Assembly (NCBI GenBank): GCA_002633005.1
Contig: NMRA01000043.1
Coordinates: forward strand, 43,573-107,572
DNA length: 64,000 nucleotides
Origin: Phoronis australis
Taxonomy: Eukaryota; Animalia; Phoronida
Direction: 5' to 3'
Part shown: positions 37,863 through 51,439 of the stretch, piece by piece
How positions within the stretch are numbered: the first letter of the stretch is position 1
Layout of the letters: each line of letters begins with the position of its first letter
Position numbers and translations under genes: made by a program
Notes under the pieces: generated by a model
The model's database searches: none
What the model saw: the letters and a program-made list of their open reading frames with translations, nothing else
What the model was told of the DNA's origin: nothing

Positions 37863-40434
37863 GCGTATTCCTTTAGAAGAGGTATACGAAAATTGTCGCC
37901 TAAAAGGTGCACTGTTTTATCACCGCAAAAAATACTCTCCAAAATGGTGCCCTTTTTGAAAAAAAAACACTAGGTAAAAGGGTGCCACATTTTAATTTCT
38001 GGGACAAAAATGTGAAATTTTACACAAAATTTCTCTTTAAATGGGCCAATTTTTGTACTTTGTGAAATGTGTTTGGTTTCGTAAAATGTAACAATGGTAC
38101 AATTTCGCCCTTGCGCATTCAAGTTAAATTGTAACAGTTATGTAACGTAGAAAATAAATCTGAAACTAAATAAGGCGATCCAGATCCTCCCAAGGATACT
38201 ATTGTTTCACGAAATGTAGAATATAAGTAGGTAAATAAAACAACAAGAATGGATCAACTGAAATTTGAAATTTTCGTATGTAACAACTTCCTTTGTCAAC
38301 AGAAACAGCAACAGAAAAAAAAACTTGCTACATTTTAAGAGAAGCTTAGCAACGTAAAATGTAACAATGAAGTAAAATGTAAAAGTTGTGACATTTTACG
38401 AAGTTGTTACATTTATAGCACTACAGCGTGCGGGTGTCACAAGATGTTAAACTACGTGGTGTTTAAAGGAGAATGCCACCTAAAAATCAACCTATTTTGA
38501 ATCAATTAAGATCGACTAGTTCCATTCGATAACTGCAAGTACAGCTCTTGTACCTGACACCTGACGGCAGACGGAGGTGTTGAAATTAACCAATGACGTC
38601 AGAGGTTCGAATGCAGTTTGTTCAGCAGTTAACAACACGCTTACTGGTGTCAGCTTATCGCTTGTCTGAATTCATCGGTTTACACCAATAAATCTTCAGA
38701 ACTAGATGTAAAGCCTTTACTAATACACTGAGTTATTGAACAAATACGTTATTTTATTTCGCTGTTACGGATTTTTAGGTATTTGAACGTACCATAGCCT
38801 AAAAAGTTCGGTAGGCCAATTTATCAAGGTCGGTCGCGGTAGTTTGGGCAGGGTGTGTTCGATGAAATTATTCGTCCGTGAAATACAGACAGTTGAACAT
38901 AGCTGCGTGCTGTAATTTTAGACTAGCCTTTTTCAGTTTTAAACACACAAAACGCTTGCTATCCCGGCCAGTGGCTCGTAATCTGATCAGGCCCATCGCG
39001 GCCGGGTTGAAGACGTCACGAACACAAACCAGCCAAAGTTGGAAACTAAGCTTCGAGTCACGAAAAGACTATACTAGTGACCCAAAGAAAAAAATGTGCA
39101 CGTGGTTCTTTTGGTGAATTAGCTGCGAAACTGCAAATTTACTTACTAGCTCGTAAGGGGGCGCAAATTCAGGTTACCCTTCCACATCGGAACCGTCAAG
39201 GCACAAGTTGTACAATACCAATGATTCGAATAATGTATATGAATGTCTAAGTAAGGATTACCATCCTGACAATAGGGTGTAAAACGGAGTTGTTGTTTCA
39301 CAACAGCTTTTTGTCAGCAAACACTGAATTAGCATGCGCTCACACGGCCTCGGAGCACTGTGAATTATTTTATTGCTTCTAAAGCCGGTAACACAGTATC
39401 TGGTTTCTCAAAATATTTGCACTCACGAACACTTCAGGGCATTACAAACTGTATCTAATGAGACATAATTTGTTTCAGTTTTATATAAGCATTGGTTACG
39501 GTATACATATTTCATTGAAGACACGACTTAGATCTGTTTTTACTAGTTTATTTCAGTTCTTTAAAACTCTCTAAATAAAGATCTTGTCTTAACATCACAA
39601 CAGTGCAATAAAAATCCAAACGTTATCACTAGGTAACATAACTTAAAAAGTGATATTTCAAGACACATATCTCATCCTCAAGCTACTATTTACAACTAGT
39701 TCACAGTGAAAAGCACATCAGAAATGACAATTGCAATATAACACGTGAAGTTGTCATGCGCCAAATCATGAAACACAACCAAAGAAAATGTGATTACATA
39801 GCCAGGAAGAACTACAACAAAAGTCTACGTTTCAACAGCACAGACTTTTTAAACTAAAATTAAAGCAATGACACCAAGAATAACAAATCACTTAATATTC
39901 AAAATCCAAGAATATCCGCGGAGACAAGAGCATAAATCGATGCCCAGTCGCAAAATTACCTTTTTTACTCTCGCGACATCTAGCGACCAGATAGCGTTTT
40001 CATGACATGCGCGTTAATAGAATGACCCGAGTCTTCACAAGTGGAGGAGTATTTTATATAGGAAGTAAACACTTGCGGAGGTCGGTTTTGTTTTTGTTTT
40101 CAAATTACACTGCAGTTGTATTCTTGGATAATTTGTAAAGGTGTAAACAAAAATACTCCAAGTATATGCCTTTGTGCTTATGATATACCTCGCATTTTGC
40201 CTAATATAACTTTCAACATTAGTAATTGGCTTGTAAAATGCACACTTTATCTATTCATCAGTCTTACACAGTCGGTCACAAAGCCGATGTTATGTTTATT
40301 TGACGCCGCATGGTTGTCAATACTTGCATTTGAAGACAACATGTAATCAGATTTTGAATTTGTCAATGCCCCAATAACATGCAGTGCTGCGAACACAAAC
40401 CAATTTGCAAATGTGAGAAACTGGCCGTACTAAT

Positions 40435-40754
40435 CAGTGGCGGATCTAGGATACCATAGAGGGGTGCCCAACATGTTGCCTCGGGAAATTGTGCAAGGTG
40501 TGATTGGCAATTGCATGTGCTTAAGCGGCCCAAAAGGTGATGGAGCCAGCCCGCAGAGGTGCACCTTCCGTTCAGGAAAATCTACCATTCGACTATCGAC
40601 TAAAAAAAAGGAGCAGCCACTCCGCGCCAACTTGGACGTTCACCGCTACCGGTCCTACTTCCTAGACTCAATATCATAATATTCCTCACACTCCGCACTG
40701 TTGCTCTTTCATTTGCTTGCGGCAGCTAACGAGGGGGGGCCTAAATCGCCTATG
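40435..40754. mobile_element. MITE-like insertion with 5-bp TSD nested in the 55-bp TIR element
   Basis: ctaat|cagtggcggatctagg ... cctaaatcgcctatg|ctaat. Confidence 0.6.
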
Positions 40755-42170
40755 CTAATTCCCATGAATTCTGACGGTGTTTCTTTAGTCAAGAGGTAGT
40801 TCTTCGTGGTAAATGGAAATGTAATCCTATCAAGGTAAAAACTATAAAAACATTTTATGAATGTAAAGCGAGGTCGCATTTCATTTCTTACAGCTAAATG
40901 GTGTGCAATGAAGCCTAAAGTCAAAAATAGAATGTACATGTAGGCTAATTTCAACATTCTAAACACCATAAAACTTAGTGTAAGAAGAAATATTGTATTT
41001 GCCATCAGAGAAAACAACATAGGATTTGTAGTTTGCAGGTGATTCATTTTATTTCACATTGTTTCATGACACGTAAGAACCATCTTTAAGGATCTGTATT
41101 TCTAGATATACAATATTAGTTAGCATTGATGAGACTTATTCAAAGCAGATACCTGCAGAACAAACGAAGTCTCAAACAAATGAGGAAGAATAAAAATGAT
41201 CATTGAATAATTTGAAATAAAAATCTCATACACACTGAATAGTGGACCATAGTCGGATATGGCATAACCTAACTTTTGAGAACCAGTTTGATGCCTATTA
41301 TTGAGTGGAGAAACTAGTTCACAAAATGCGCCACATCTGACTTAACCCTGTGTCTTATCCACGTGCAACTCACAATTTTCAACCTGTTGCAACATTTTGA
41401 GTACAAATACAAATTTCGAAATACATATTTTACAAATATTAGACTTTATTGTTTAGAAAGACAATGATGCCCACTATAGTGTACATTTTCAGAAAAAAAT
41501 AGTTTTGCAATACAAATAATTACGTGCACACAACTAAGAGAATGGCAAGTCAATGGGTAACATGTTATTAAATAGGTGTAGCTTATAAATGAATGCCCCT
41601 CTGACTGACATCTCAAATAAAGTTAAACTTGTTTTTATTGAACAACATACTTTTCCTTGTTCTGTGGATGATGCTAAAGAGGGCTTCAAGTTATGCATTC
41701 AGCAGTGATTGCTCAAAACAACCAACCACCTTCCAAATGAACAACCCATCCCCTCAAAACAGATGTATTTTTATCCTAAAATATAATTACAAATAATTTA
41801 CACTAAACCAGCAGCAACACTGAGTACTGTGAATGGGTGTTGATTGTTATCAAATATTGAAGCAGAATATGTTAAAAAAACAACATCCGTTGTGTAGTTG
41901 TCAACACTTTCCAACATTTGAGCACTTTAGAAATAAACTGGCATCTAAACTGATGCGAAAATAATAAATAAGACCAGCAGGTGACACAGAATACAACTTA
42001 TCCATCTGAAAATAAAATAATAACTGTAATCAATTGAAAATCAAGCTTTACAATGATTGGTGAAATACCTGTAGATAAACAGTAATTATTAAACAACATT
42101 TTGCTAATGTTTAGTAGTAAACCTTGAATTCTTAACCCAAGTCCTTTGGAGTTTAAAACATCACCATGTT

Positions 42171-44115
42171 CATTATGTAGTTCTTGAGTCATTTGAATCG
42201 GCAACTCTAGATGTGCTGCCATGTTGGAGTTTGAAGCCTGATAGATTGAAGCCAGCATTTCATGTATCTTTTAATCAAAACTGTAAGCTGTTATGATTGA
42301 ATTTTATAAAAGTACAAAACGGATACCTACAATAGTAAGTTAAAGGCTATGATCAGAAACGGAAGACGCATTTGAGCCGCATAATACTGGGCAACGCATA
42401 TTCTACATAATGTATATTAAAAGTGAATCAAACATTGAGAATCATTAACATATTCTGCATCAAGTAGTAGTTAATATTTGATAACAGTTGAGCAACAGTT
42501 AGTTTCACATAATAAAAATGAATAAGTGTATTGTTTTTGAAGTAATTACTATCTAAAGTCATTCATTTGATTGTATGCTGGAGTACCAAGCTAGACAAAA
42601 CCATTCCACCTCAGAGGGAGGTGGATTGTCCTCAATAACATTTTCTTATTTGAAATGAAACCAGTCGTATCATCTGTCACATTGAATGGATGGTTGAATT
42701 CCCTCATCTGGGTCCTTACATTCTAAGTTACATACGGAACACAAGAAATGTTTCAAACTTGTTTTTGGCCTATGCTTTGACGGTTTGGAGGAAAGCTTAT
42801 GCTTTGCAAGTTTTGCCAAACCAGGTTTCTTGGAATACTACAAGTCTTATAGTTTTTTAATTGGAAAGTAAGGCATAGGAGACAAACAAGCATCTTTATC
42901 CTCAAATGTAGAAGATGTGATAGAATGCTTTTTGAGATGGTTGCAGAATTCTAGGAGATTTTTGAAAATACAATTCACTCCTTCTTTATAAGAATACATA
43001 AATCTTCGCTTCCTATGATTGGACTGAATGCATTTGCTCAGGCTACCCTCATTAGTAAAACAGAATGGTGTAAGTCAGAAAGCACGCTTGGCACTGAATC
43101 ATTACAGAAATTTTTTTTACTATTTTGACTCTCATTTTGTGGATGGGTGTTTGAGATGGGAAGACGAGTAATCTGGAAGATGAGGCACAGTACTCATATA
43201 CAATTTGTTTTAGTCCGTTTCCTGGTTTCTGAATGATAACACAACATACAGGTGTTTAAAAAAGTATGGTTTCCCTACAACAATAAATGACAGACAAGTG
43301 CAAAAGTGCACAAATAATATTTACAAANTCATTATTATAGTTCTTGAGTCATTTGAATCGGCAACTCTATATGTGCTGCCATGTTGGAGTTTGAAGCCTG
43401 ATAGATTGAAGCCAGAATTTTATGTATCATTTAATCAAACAGTTAGCTGTTATGATTGAACTTTATAAAAGTACAAAATGGATACCTACAATAGTAAGTT
43501 AAAGGCTATGATCAGAAATGGAAGATGCATTTGAGCCGCATAATACTGGCCAACGCATATTTTACATAATGTATATTAAAAGTGAATCAAACATTGAGAA
43601 TCAGTAACATATTCTCCATCAAGTATTAGTTAATATTTGATAACAGTTGAGCAACAGTTAGTTTCACATAATAAAAATGAATAAGTGTCTTGTTTTTGAA
43701 GTAATTAATATCTAAAGTCATTCATTTGATTGTATGCTGGAGTACCAAGCTAGACAAAACCATTCCACCTCAGAGGGAGGTGGATTGTCCTCAATAACAT
43801 TTTCACATTTGAAATGAAACCAGTCGTATCATCTGTCACATTGAATGGATGGTTGAATTTCCTCATCTGGGTCCTTACATTCTAAGTTACATAAGGAACA
43901 CAAGAAATGTTTCAAACTTGTTTTTAGCCTATGCTTTGACGGTTTAGAGGAAAGCTTATGCTTTGCAATTTTTGCCAAACCAGGTTTCTTAGAATTCTAC
44001 AAATCTTGTAGTTTTTTAATTGGAAAGTAAGGCATGGGAGACAAACAAGTATCTTTATCCTCAAATGTAGAAGATGTGATAGAATGCAAAAGTGCACAAA
44101 TAATATTTACAAATA
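42171..44115 (+). repeat. Direct duplication (42171-43327 versus 43330-44115) across a single n; likely uncollapsed alleles
   Basis: Highly similar copies; first carries about 370 extra bp (42929-43299); junction is the n at 43328. Confidence 0.8.
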
Positions 44116-45261
44116 TTGTGACCAGCAAGCAGCACGTGATACTCTTCAGGGATGTAAAATTTGAAGCAACATTCCCACCAGGTCCTTATTGGTTCTATTA
44201 ACTGGAGCATCTGCATTATATCCATGTTTGGAAATGCTAGTTTGTAACACAGAAGGACTGAAAGTAGAAAGCGTGAGTGAATTATTCTCAAAAGACAATG
44301 GATGGAAATTCACCATCTGTCCACATGTAACATTTGCCATTCTTTTCTAAAAGTTTCACTCACACTCGCCTTCAAGAACCGATGTATAACACAGTTCACG
44401 AATCAAACAGTTTGGTATCAACATGGGTTAACACCACAGTTGATATGCGGACATGATTGGTGCATCTCCAACGTGAAGGGAGTAGATCACTTTCACGTGT
44501 TATTACCAAGCAGACTCTTTGTAAAATACAGTCAACGATCACTTGCGTTAATGTTAACTAGTTATATCTTAAACCCAAGCTTAAATAAATTTTACAAATG
44601 ATAGTCCACTCTAATCAAAAATACAGTACAACCTGTGTGTGGATTGTAAAATACTGTGGCCAATTAAGTCATGCACAGTTATCACTGTTCCTTACAAGAT
44701 CAAAGGGCAGGCAATAAGTGGCCTAAATCACAATTAAGTTTTTTCACCAAACCCCGAACTTGGTAAGTGTAGGTATAGGTAAAGCGTATCAGGGAGTGGG
44801 TAGACACAACAAAAGAGACATTAGCACAAGTGCTACTTACAGATAGAAAATACATGCTTAAAGAATTATTTACAGAGAGGTACACATAGAAGATACACAT
44901 GCAAAAAACATACATTACTATGTATACAAGCCTTAGTAAAAAACCTAATGGTTGAGTTGCAAATTTACTTCCAGTGAATTCTATGAGTCTCTGTTAGCCA
45001 CTCGCTGATGGGAAATTGCGCACTGCTGAATGGTAAGCACAGTTGCCAGTTTTATCAGAGTTGCGGTTCGATATCCTGAGGTTGGATAACTACAATTGCC
45101 AACGCGATGCACAAAAGACATGACACAACATCGAAACGGTTCTGGCACATTGTAACATCTTATTGATGCAAACAATTTGTTCCAGAGAAACACTTCAATT
45201 GAGACGTAATAATTTTATGGACTCGCCCTCATTCTCACTTGATGATTTATTGCAGGTCAAA

Positions 45262-45505
45262 CGTCTGGAAGTCTACAACCAAATTGATGAGTTGCTGGAA
45301 CACTTAAAATAATTATGAAAATCAGGCCCAAATTAATACCTAACGAACGGTTACTAAGTCTAAGCCAGGTTACAAAAAAATTATCAAGGGTCTGAAAGTC
45401 TACAACCAAATTTATGAGTTACTGGAACACTTAAATAATATGAAAATTAGACCTAATACACAACGAACGGTAACTAACTAAACTAAGCCAGGTTACAAAA
45501 CAATT
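45262..45505 (+). repeat. Diverged tandem duplication, about 125-bp unit
   Basis: gtctgRaagtctacaaccaaatt...ctaagccaggttacaaaa at 45262 and 45390. Confidence 0.75.
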
Positions 45506-47547
45506 GTCTGCTCTAGACCTTTAAACACGGAGCTGCAAACTAATGATAAATGACAAAATGAAATTATGCACTACTATGTAATTAAGCCTTTACAACTGCA
45601 ATCTTGAACACGTTAAGAATTAGAAGGAATCACTAATTTTGTAATAGAAGACGCAAGGCAGGTAAATGTCACTTGTATATTCGCTTTCAATCGCAGTCTG
45701 TTTCTGCACCAGCAAATGCCAGAATCAGAAAGAGGTCAAAGAGCTACATCCGGTAATACGCTATCTGGTCGCTAGATGTCGCGAGAGTAAAAAAGGTAAT
45801 TTTGCGACTGGGTCGCGTTTGCAAGGTCATCCCAGCCAGCACGTGGTATCATGCAGTGGCACGCGCTTTAGCATTGGTCGATGTAACCTCGGCAGTCATT
45901 GGTTAGCTTTAAAACACCGTGAAAAAATGGCGGACTGTGAATGATTTTTAGCCTTGTCATGCAAGTGGCGTCAGTCGCAGCAACTATACGTTTCTGCAGT
46001 GATGTTTAATAGCCGCGTGCTTCAAGCACATACATGTACAATAAGCACATATCTGGCCGATTTAATGGTGTGTTATTCATACTGTATGAATACAGGACAC
46101 TATCGTAAACAAAAATCATCGACAGTAAAAAGATGCATTACGAAAAGGCGCAATCACAATTTCTACGGTTCAGATTTCCTGAACATAAATTTTAAGCACC
46201 GATTTGTCTGTACAACAGACCACATTTACACTTCAGTCCATCAGTCATGCCAGTATGTTTGCGTAAAACGCTGCCTGTTGAGAATTCGACTTGCCAATCA
46301 GAAACGCCGGTGTAAAAAATTTACCGAGGAAAATTGTGATACCTGTGTGCTGGCGCGGCTACCGCCCCACCTAGCGGCACGCAGGGAACCAGCGAGGAAA
46401 CCTGCGTGCTGGCTAGGCACGAAGGGAACCGGCGAGGTGATATCCCAGGCGACCTGCAGTGACGCTGTACACTGCCACTCCGTTTCCCTCATCTGCTCCA
46501 CTCTGCAATGAAGAAAATTATTTCATTTTTCAAAGAAAACGAAATTGAATGACGATGAAGAAATAGAAGCTGCTGGTAACATGTAAATTTTAATCGAAAC
46601 CTCAGTGAATGACTCAGAAACTCACAGTTCTCTCTTTGCTAATTAAACATTAAAAATAAGACGATTTCGTGATTAATGCCAACACGAGAAATGGATTTGG
46701 TCTTTTGGGCTACTGAATACTGTTTTAATGACAAAAACGTTTGCTACGAACTGGTTGCACAAAATATAAAGCGTGAAATAAACAGGTTCGCACCCAAAGG
46801 CTGTGAACCATATACAAGTATGTCTTTTAGCCGGTGTTGTACTAGAAATCATGGTGGTGCAATGGAACTGCATGCGCCCTCTGATCTGTAGGTTGTGAAT
46901 TCGAATCCTTGCATTTTCACAGTTCCCATTTTTAAATCAGCTGGCCACCTGTTCTTGAGATCGTGCTGGGGACATAAAATGGCCGTCGCCGACAAGCTCA
47001 GTGCTTGTAGAGCCTAGTACAGTCATTGTTCGTGACCTATTCAGTCATTCCTACCTTGCATGAACAGGAATCTTGCATATGTGTTAGCCGTTGTTCTTCA
47101 AGGTCGTCATTGACTTACTTTTTATATTTACTAAAGTTAGTTCAAATTTGTGAATGAAAATTGGCATCGGTGCGACAGAGAGGATATAATGATGGGGATC
47201 CGGGAAAAATGTGGGGACTTGGAAAGAAGTCACTTGCTGGATTGAAATTTGTCAGAATTGTTTCTATCAAACATATGAGGTTACCCAAAGTTTTTTGGAC
47301 CAGATCTGTCTTCTCTTGCGCCCACTTGTGGCAATTTTAATACTTAGGTTAGGTGTCCTATTGACTGCCTCTCATCTGCCAACCTATTTGAGGGATACGT
47401 TACTATGGACTTGAGAATGGCACATTACTATGGACTTGAGAATGGCAGGCTTGATTTTCGGACGGCTTCTTGTGTAATGAAGGTCATAAATTGTGCGCGC
47501 ACTCACCAGCAAACATGGAGTAACTGAGACCACGTGTCATGCAAGTA

Positions 47548-50500
47548 CTTCTTCATCTTGGTTTAAGTGACTACACTCTCTCCAGAGTATCGTGTCACTG
47601 TATGTATAACAATGAACAACGAGAACAACTATAACACGTTTAAAAGGATACATATAGATAGTGACCGTCACTTCAGAGTTCGGTTAACATAACTTGATGG
47701 TTAACAGATAAGGCAATCAGTCAGCGGGTGCCCCAAATGGAGGCACCCCACTATTTTACTTCAAAAAGGCAGACAGCTTGCTGACAAAGATATCAAAAGA
47801 ATGGACTGATGTAATGCTATTCCAGTCCGTGACTGTTCTAGGAAAGAATGCGTTTTTCCTGTAGTCTCTCCTATTCATTGGAATACTATAATTGGATGAC
47901 ATTCTGGTACAGATACCCAAGACAGTAAGATCTGCGATAGGGGCAACATCAGAGTTGGTGATCACTGCATGACTTCTTATATTTGCAAAACATCTTCAGC
48001 CGACAGATTTTGCGTCTGTGACTGAGGGTGGGCCAGTTTAAGGTTTCTAACATTGAACCAACAGAGGATATACGATTGAGCCTTCTCTTGACCCAGCGAG
48101 CAACTCTCCTTTGTACTTTCTCTGCAGCTACAATGTCTTTGGGTATAAGAGTCCCAAACAGTAGAGGCGTATTCCCAGATGGGTCGAACCATTGTTTTAT
48201 ATACGAACTCCTTACATCGTTGGCTGCTTATACGCAAGTTTTGCCGAAAAAAATCCAGTTTTTTGCTTTCTTCTGGATGTTGCTTATGTGGGATGACCAT
48301 TTGAGGTCATGCGAGATAACGCCCAAATATTTAGCCTCCTTGACTGTGTGATTGTGAAGTAAGGTGGTCTGGATTTGGCATTTTCTGGTCAGGGTGAGGG
48401 CACTACACTTGTCAGGGTGAGGGCACTACACTGGTCAGGGTGAGGGCACTACACTGGTCAGGGTGAGGGCACTACACTGGTCAGGGTTAGGGCACTACAC
48501 TGGTCAGGGTAGAAAGCCATAAGCCACTTGTTCTTCCACAGAGCAAGACTATCTAAATCTTTCTGCAGAGCCTCTCTGTCAGCAGCTGAGTTAGGAATGT
48601 TGTAACAATTTGTATATCGTCTGCAAATAGTGTGATGTTACCAGACAGACCAAGGGGAATTTCGCTTATGTATAATAGGAATAAACAGGGGCATAATACG
48701 GAGGCTTGGGGTACCCTGGACTCCAAAGGTATACTTGAAGACTTCTCGCCTCTGACAACTACAGTTTGTTGTCGTCCAGTTAGGAGACTTGCGATACAGT
48801 TGTTAATAGTGCCTGATTTTTACGAATCGGTTTAATTTGTGGATCAGTAAGAAGTGGTTTACCTTATCGAAGGCTTTACTAAAATCCATTATGAGAGCAT
48901 CAACACTATTTCCTTTTCCAACGTGCTCACTAATCTCATCGATGAAGCCCAGCAGTTGGGTTTCACAAGACATTTTGAACGGAATCCATGTTGTTCCGTA
49001 CATATGATGTTATTTGAGTCGCAGTGCTCTAAAATCGTGTGGATGTTCAAGCATTTTACACGTACACTATACTGGTTAGTGGTATTGGGCTGTAGTTCTC
49101 AGCTATTTTCTCCTTTTTGAAAACGGGGGTTACGTTCGCATTTCTCCAATCAGATGGGACAATGCCAGACCTAAGTGATGATTCAAATATGAAGGTCAGA
49201 ACTGGGGCCAGTTCCACAGCACTGGTTTTAAGAATGAATGGGTGGATGTTATCAGGACCCATAGACTTAATGGGGTTGAGATCCCTCATTAATTTCTGAA
49301 CACCATGTATAGAGATGGATGGTATTTGTCAAGTAGGATACTGTACGTCAGTGTCTCGTGGGGGCATCGTGTATGAAACTCGTCGGAGATGAATTTGGGA
49401 CTAAAGGTATCTTGAAATTGTTTATTGAGGAGCTCAGCTTGCTCTTTGGCCTCTGTGACAAGTCTCCCACGATCTTTTAAAGTTGTAATTCCAGTATTGT
49501 CAGATCTTACAGATCTTATGTGAGACCAAAATTTATTGTTGGGTTTGCTCACATTGTTTACGTCAGTATCTGTGATTAGTGATTCCATATAATCCCAGTA
49601 TTTTCTTCTTAGCGACATCTGAACTATTCCTTTCAAACGTTTTAATTCGCACAGGGTGGCTGGATCTCCTGTTAATTTGAAGCCCTTATATAGTCGGTCT
49701 CTTCTCTAGATTAGGCCTTTGATTTCCAGGTCAATCCAATGGTAGCTAAGTTTGGATTTTGCCCTGAGCTTCGAAATCGATATTTTGATCGACAACTATC
49801 TTCCTTATTTGTTTGAACCAGTGCCACAAAGTCTCAGTGTTAGTATTTATGTCAAAGGAAGAGGCCATATCATGGGGTAGTTGTCTACATGCCAATCTAA
49901 GTTCATCCAAGTTGGCGCATTTAAAAGCATACACGTCTCGAACAGGGACACTGAGTTTTGGAGGGACGAAGAGTTGTAGTTCGAGAAAGACGCAGTCGCG
50001 GGATCAGAGAGTCCTGGAAGGATCTCTATTCTAGGCACAAGGCCTGGGTAGTTTGTGATAAAAGGTCTAGGATATTTTCTTCTCGTGTAGGTTCATTTAC
50101 CGTTTGTTCGAGGCCATAGTCAGCCAGGGTATCTACGAACAGATTGTGTAAGCGTGGGTTTGGGGCAGCAGGCTTCAACACTTCACATTTCAGTCCCACC
50201 CTGGAAAATTTAAATCACCTTCAATTAATATAACAGCATTTTTAGTATTAGTAGCCTGAAGACTGGAGTCAGAAAATATCTGAAGACTTGTCTCGTCGTT
50301 AACATGTGGTCTATATAGCACGAGCATACCAACAGGTTGCGACGTCCTCTAAGTTGCATGCTTGCCCAGATGAGTTCGCAGTGTTCTTCAGATCGAACAA
50401 GTGAAGTATTAAGTACAACAATTAAAACACGACCTCCATCTCTGCTGCGGTCCTTTCTGAGCACTTGGTAATTGCTGGGAAATAATTCACTAGTTTTAAT

Positions 50501-51439
50501 GTTGTCAACCAGCCAGGTTTCGGTTCCGATTATAACATCTGGTTTGGTGCTGTCTATAATATTAGTAAGTTCTGGAGCTTTACCGACCACTGATCTAAAA
50601 CTAATGTTAAGGAACCTAAGTGTACTATGGGAATTCAGATTTTGTCTCCTTAAACGTGTAGGAGTAGATGAATGTTGAGGCACAAATGGAGGTATACGTA
50701 GTTCCGTCAGAATAGTCTAGTGTAGGTTCGGCACTTCTAGAGTTACTGTAATTTGCATTTTCCGGTCGCAAACTGCGCAGTGCCGAGAGATGCTAGTATC
50801 GCCCAGTTGGTCATATTGACCATTGCTAACACAATGACAAGCTGCATGAAACCATTGACCGCATGTTTCGCATGCAATGCCTCGCTGTTCCCAAGTGACC
50901 GACTGGTCGGAGGTACCCCATGGAAAACGTGAGCTGCTGTCACTCATGATAATGCCTATGAGTAAGACTGGCAGTAGAAACATCGCAGAAACATTTGGGT
51001 TAAAAACTAGTCCACTACCGGGGATGATAAGGCCTCGTCTGTGGTGTGCTAAGGATAATGTTTAGAGAGATCAGCAGGGCAATGACTAACGTTAGGTCTT
51101 CTCAACCGACCCTGGCCCGATCAGGGTGGGCACACACCATGTCAGTAGAATATTCCTTAAGTTAATAACAGGGTGTTAACTGTTAGTAAGGACTGAAATC
51201 CATTATAGTTTGGTGAATGATTTACCCTGCAATGAGCATTGTGGACTAGTAGGGGGTATGATCTGAAGTCAAGGACAGACCGTGACAACTAAGGGCGGGT
51301 TTCCCGCCAAATGTGATGACGGTTATTCAAGTAGAGCATAAATAACAGTACAACCTAAAATCCTGTTACCAATGAAGTAGGCAGAACACTGGGAGTCTTT
51401 CTAGAATGATAGTCACTAAGATCGGACAACCTACAGTCC
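47548..51439 (-). mobile_element. Near full-length decayed CR1/L2-group LINE with PHD finger, APE endonuclease and RT
   Basis: PHD CETCGQWFHAAC (50717-50983); APE PDVIIGTETWL, YQVLRKDR; KSMGPDNIHP; MDFSKAFDKV; VRPIWEYASTVWD; FFPRTVTDWN; GAA-type tail; TSD catgcaagta (47538-47547) / catgtaagta (51440-51449); empty site in copy A. Confidence 0.92.
48385..48510. repeat. 23-bp tandem repeat, 5.5 copies, inside the LINE RT
   Basis: ctggtcagggtgagggcactaca units at 48385, 48408, 48431, 48454, 48477 and partial at 48500. Confidence 0.95.

Larger units (their letters stand above)
39943..45812. mobile_element. Large non-autonomous DNA transposon-like unit bounded by perfect 55-bp TIRs (CCCAG termini)
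   Basis: 39943-39997 is the exact reverse complement of 45758-45812; no intact ORF inside; TSD not evident. Confidence 0.75.

Noticed and set aside
45954-46511. 185-aa ORF and GC-rich block
   Set aside because: Non-ATG start and no recognisable motif; likely transposon-derived non-coding sequence
48385-48510. CRISPR-like regular repeat
   Set aside because: Units are contiguous with no unique spacers, lie inside a LINE RT, and there are no cas genes in this eukaryotic context
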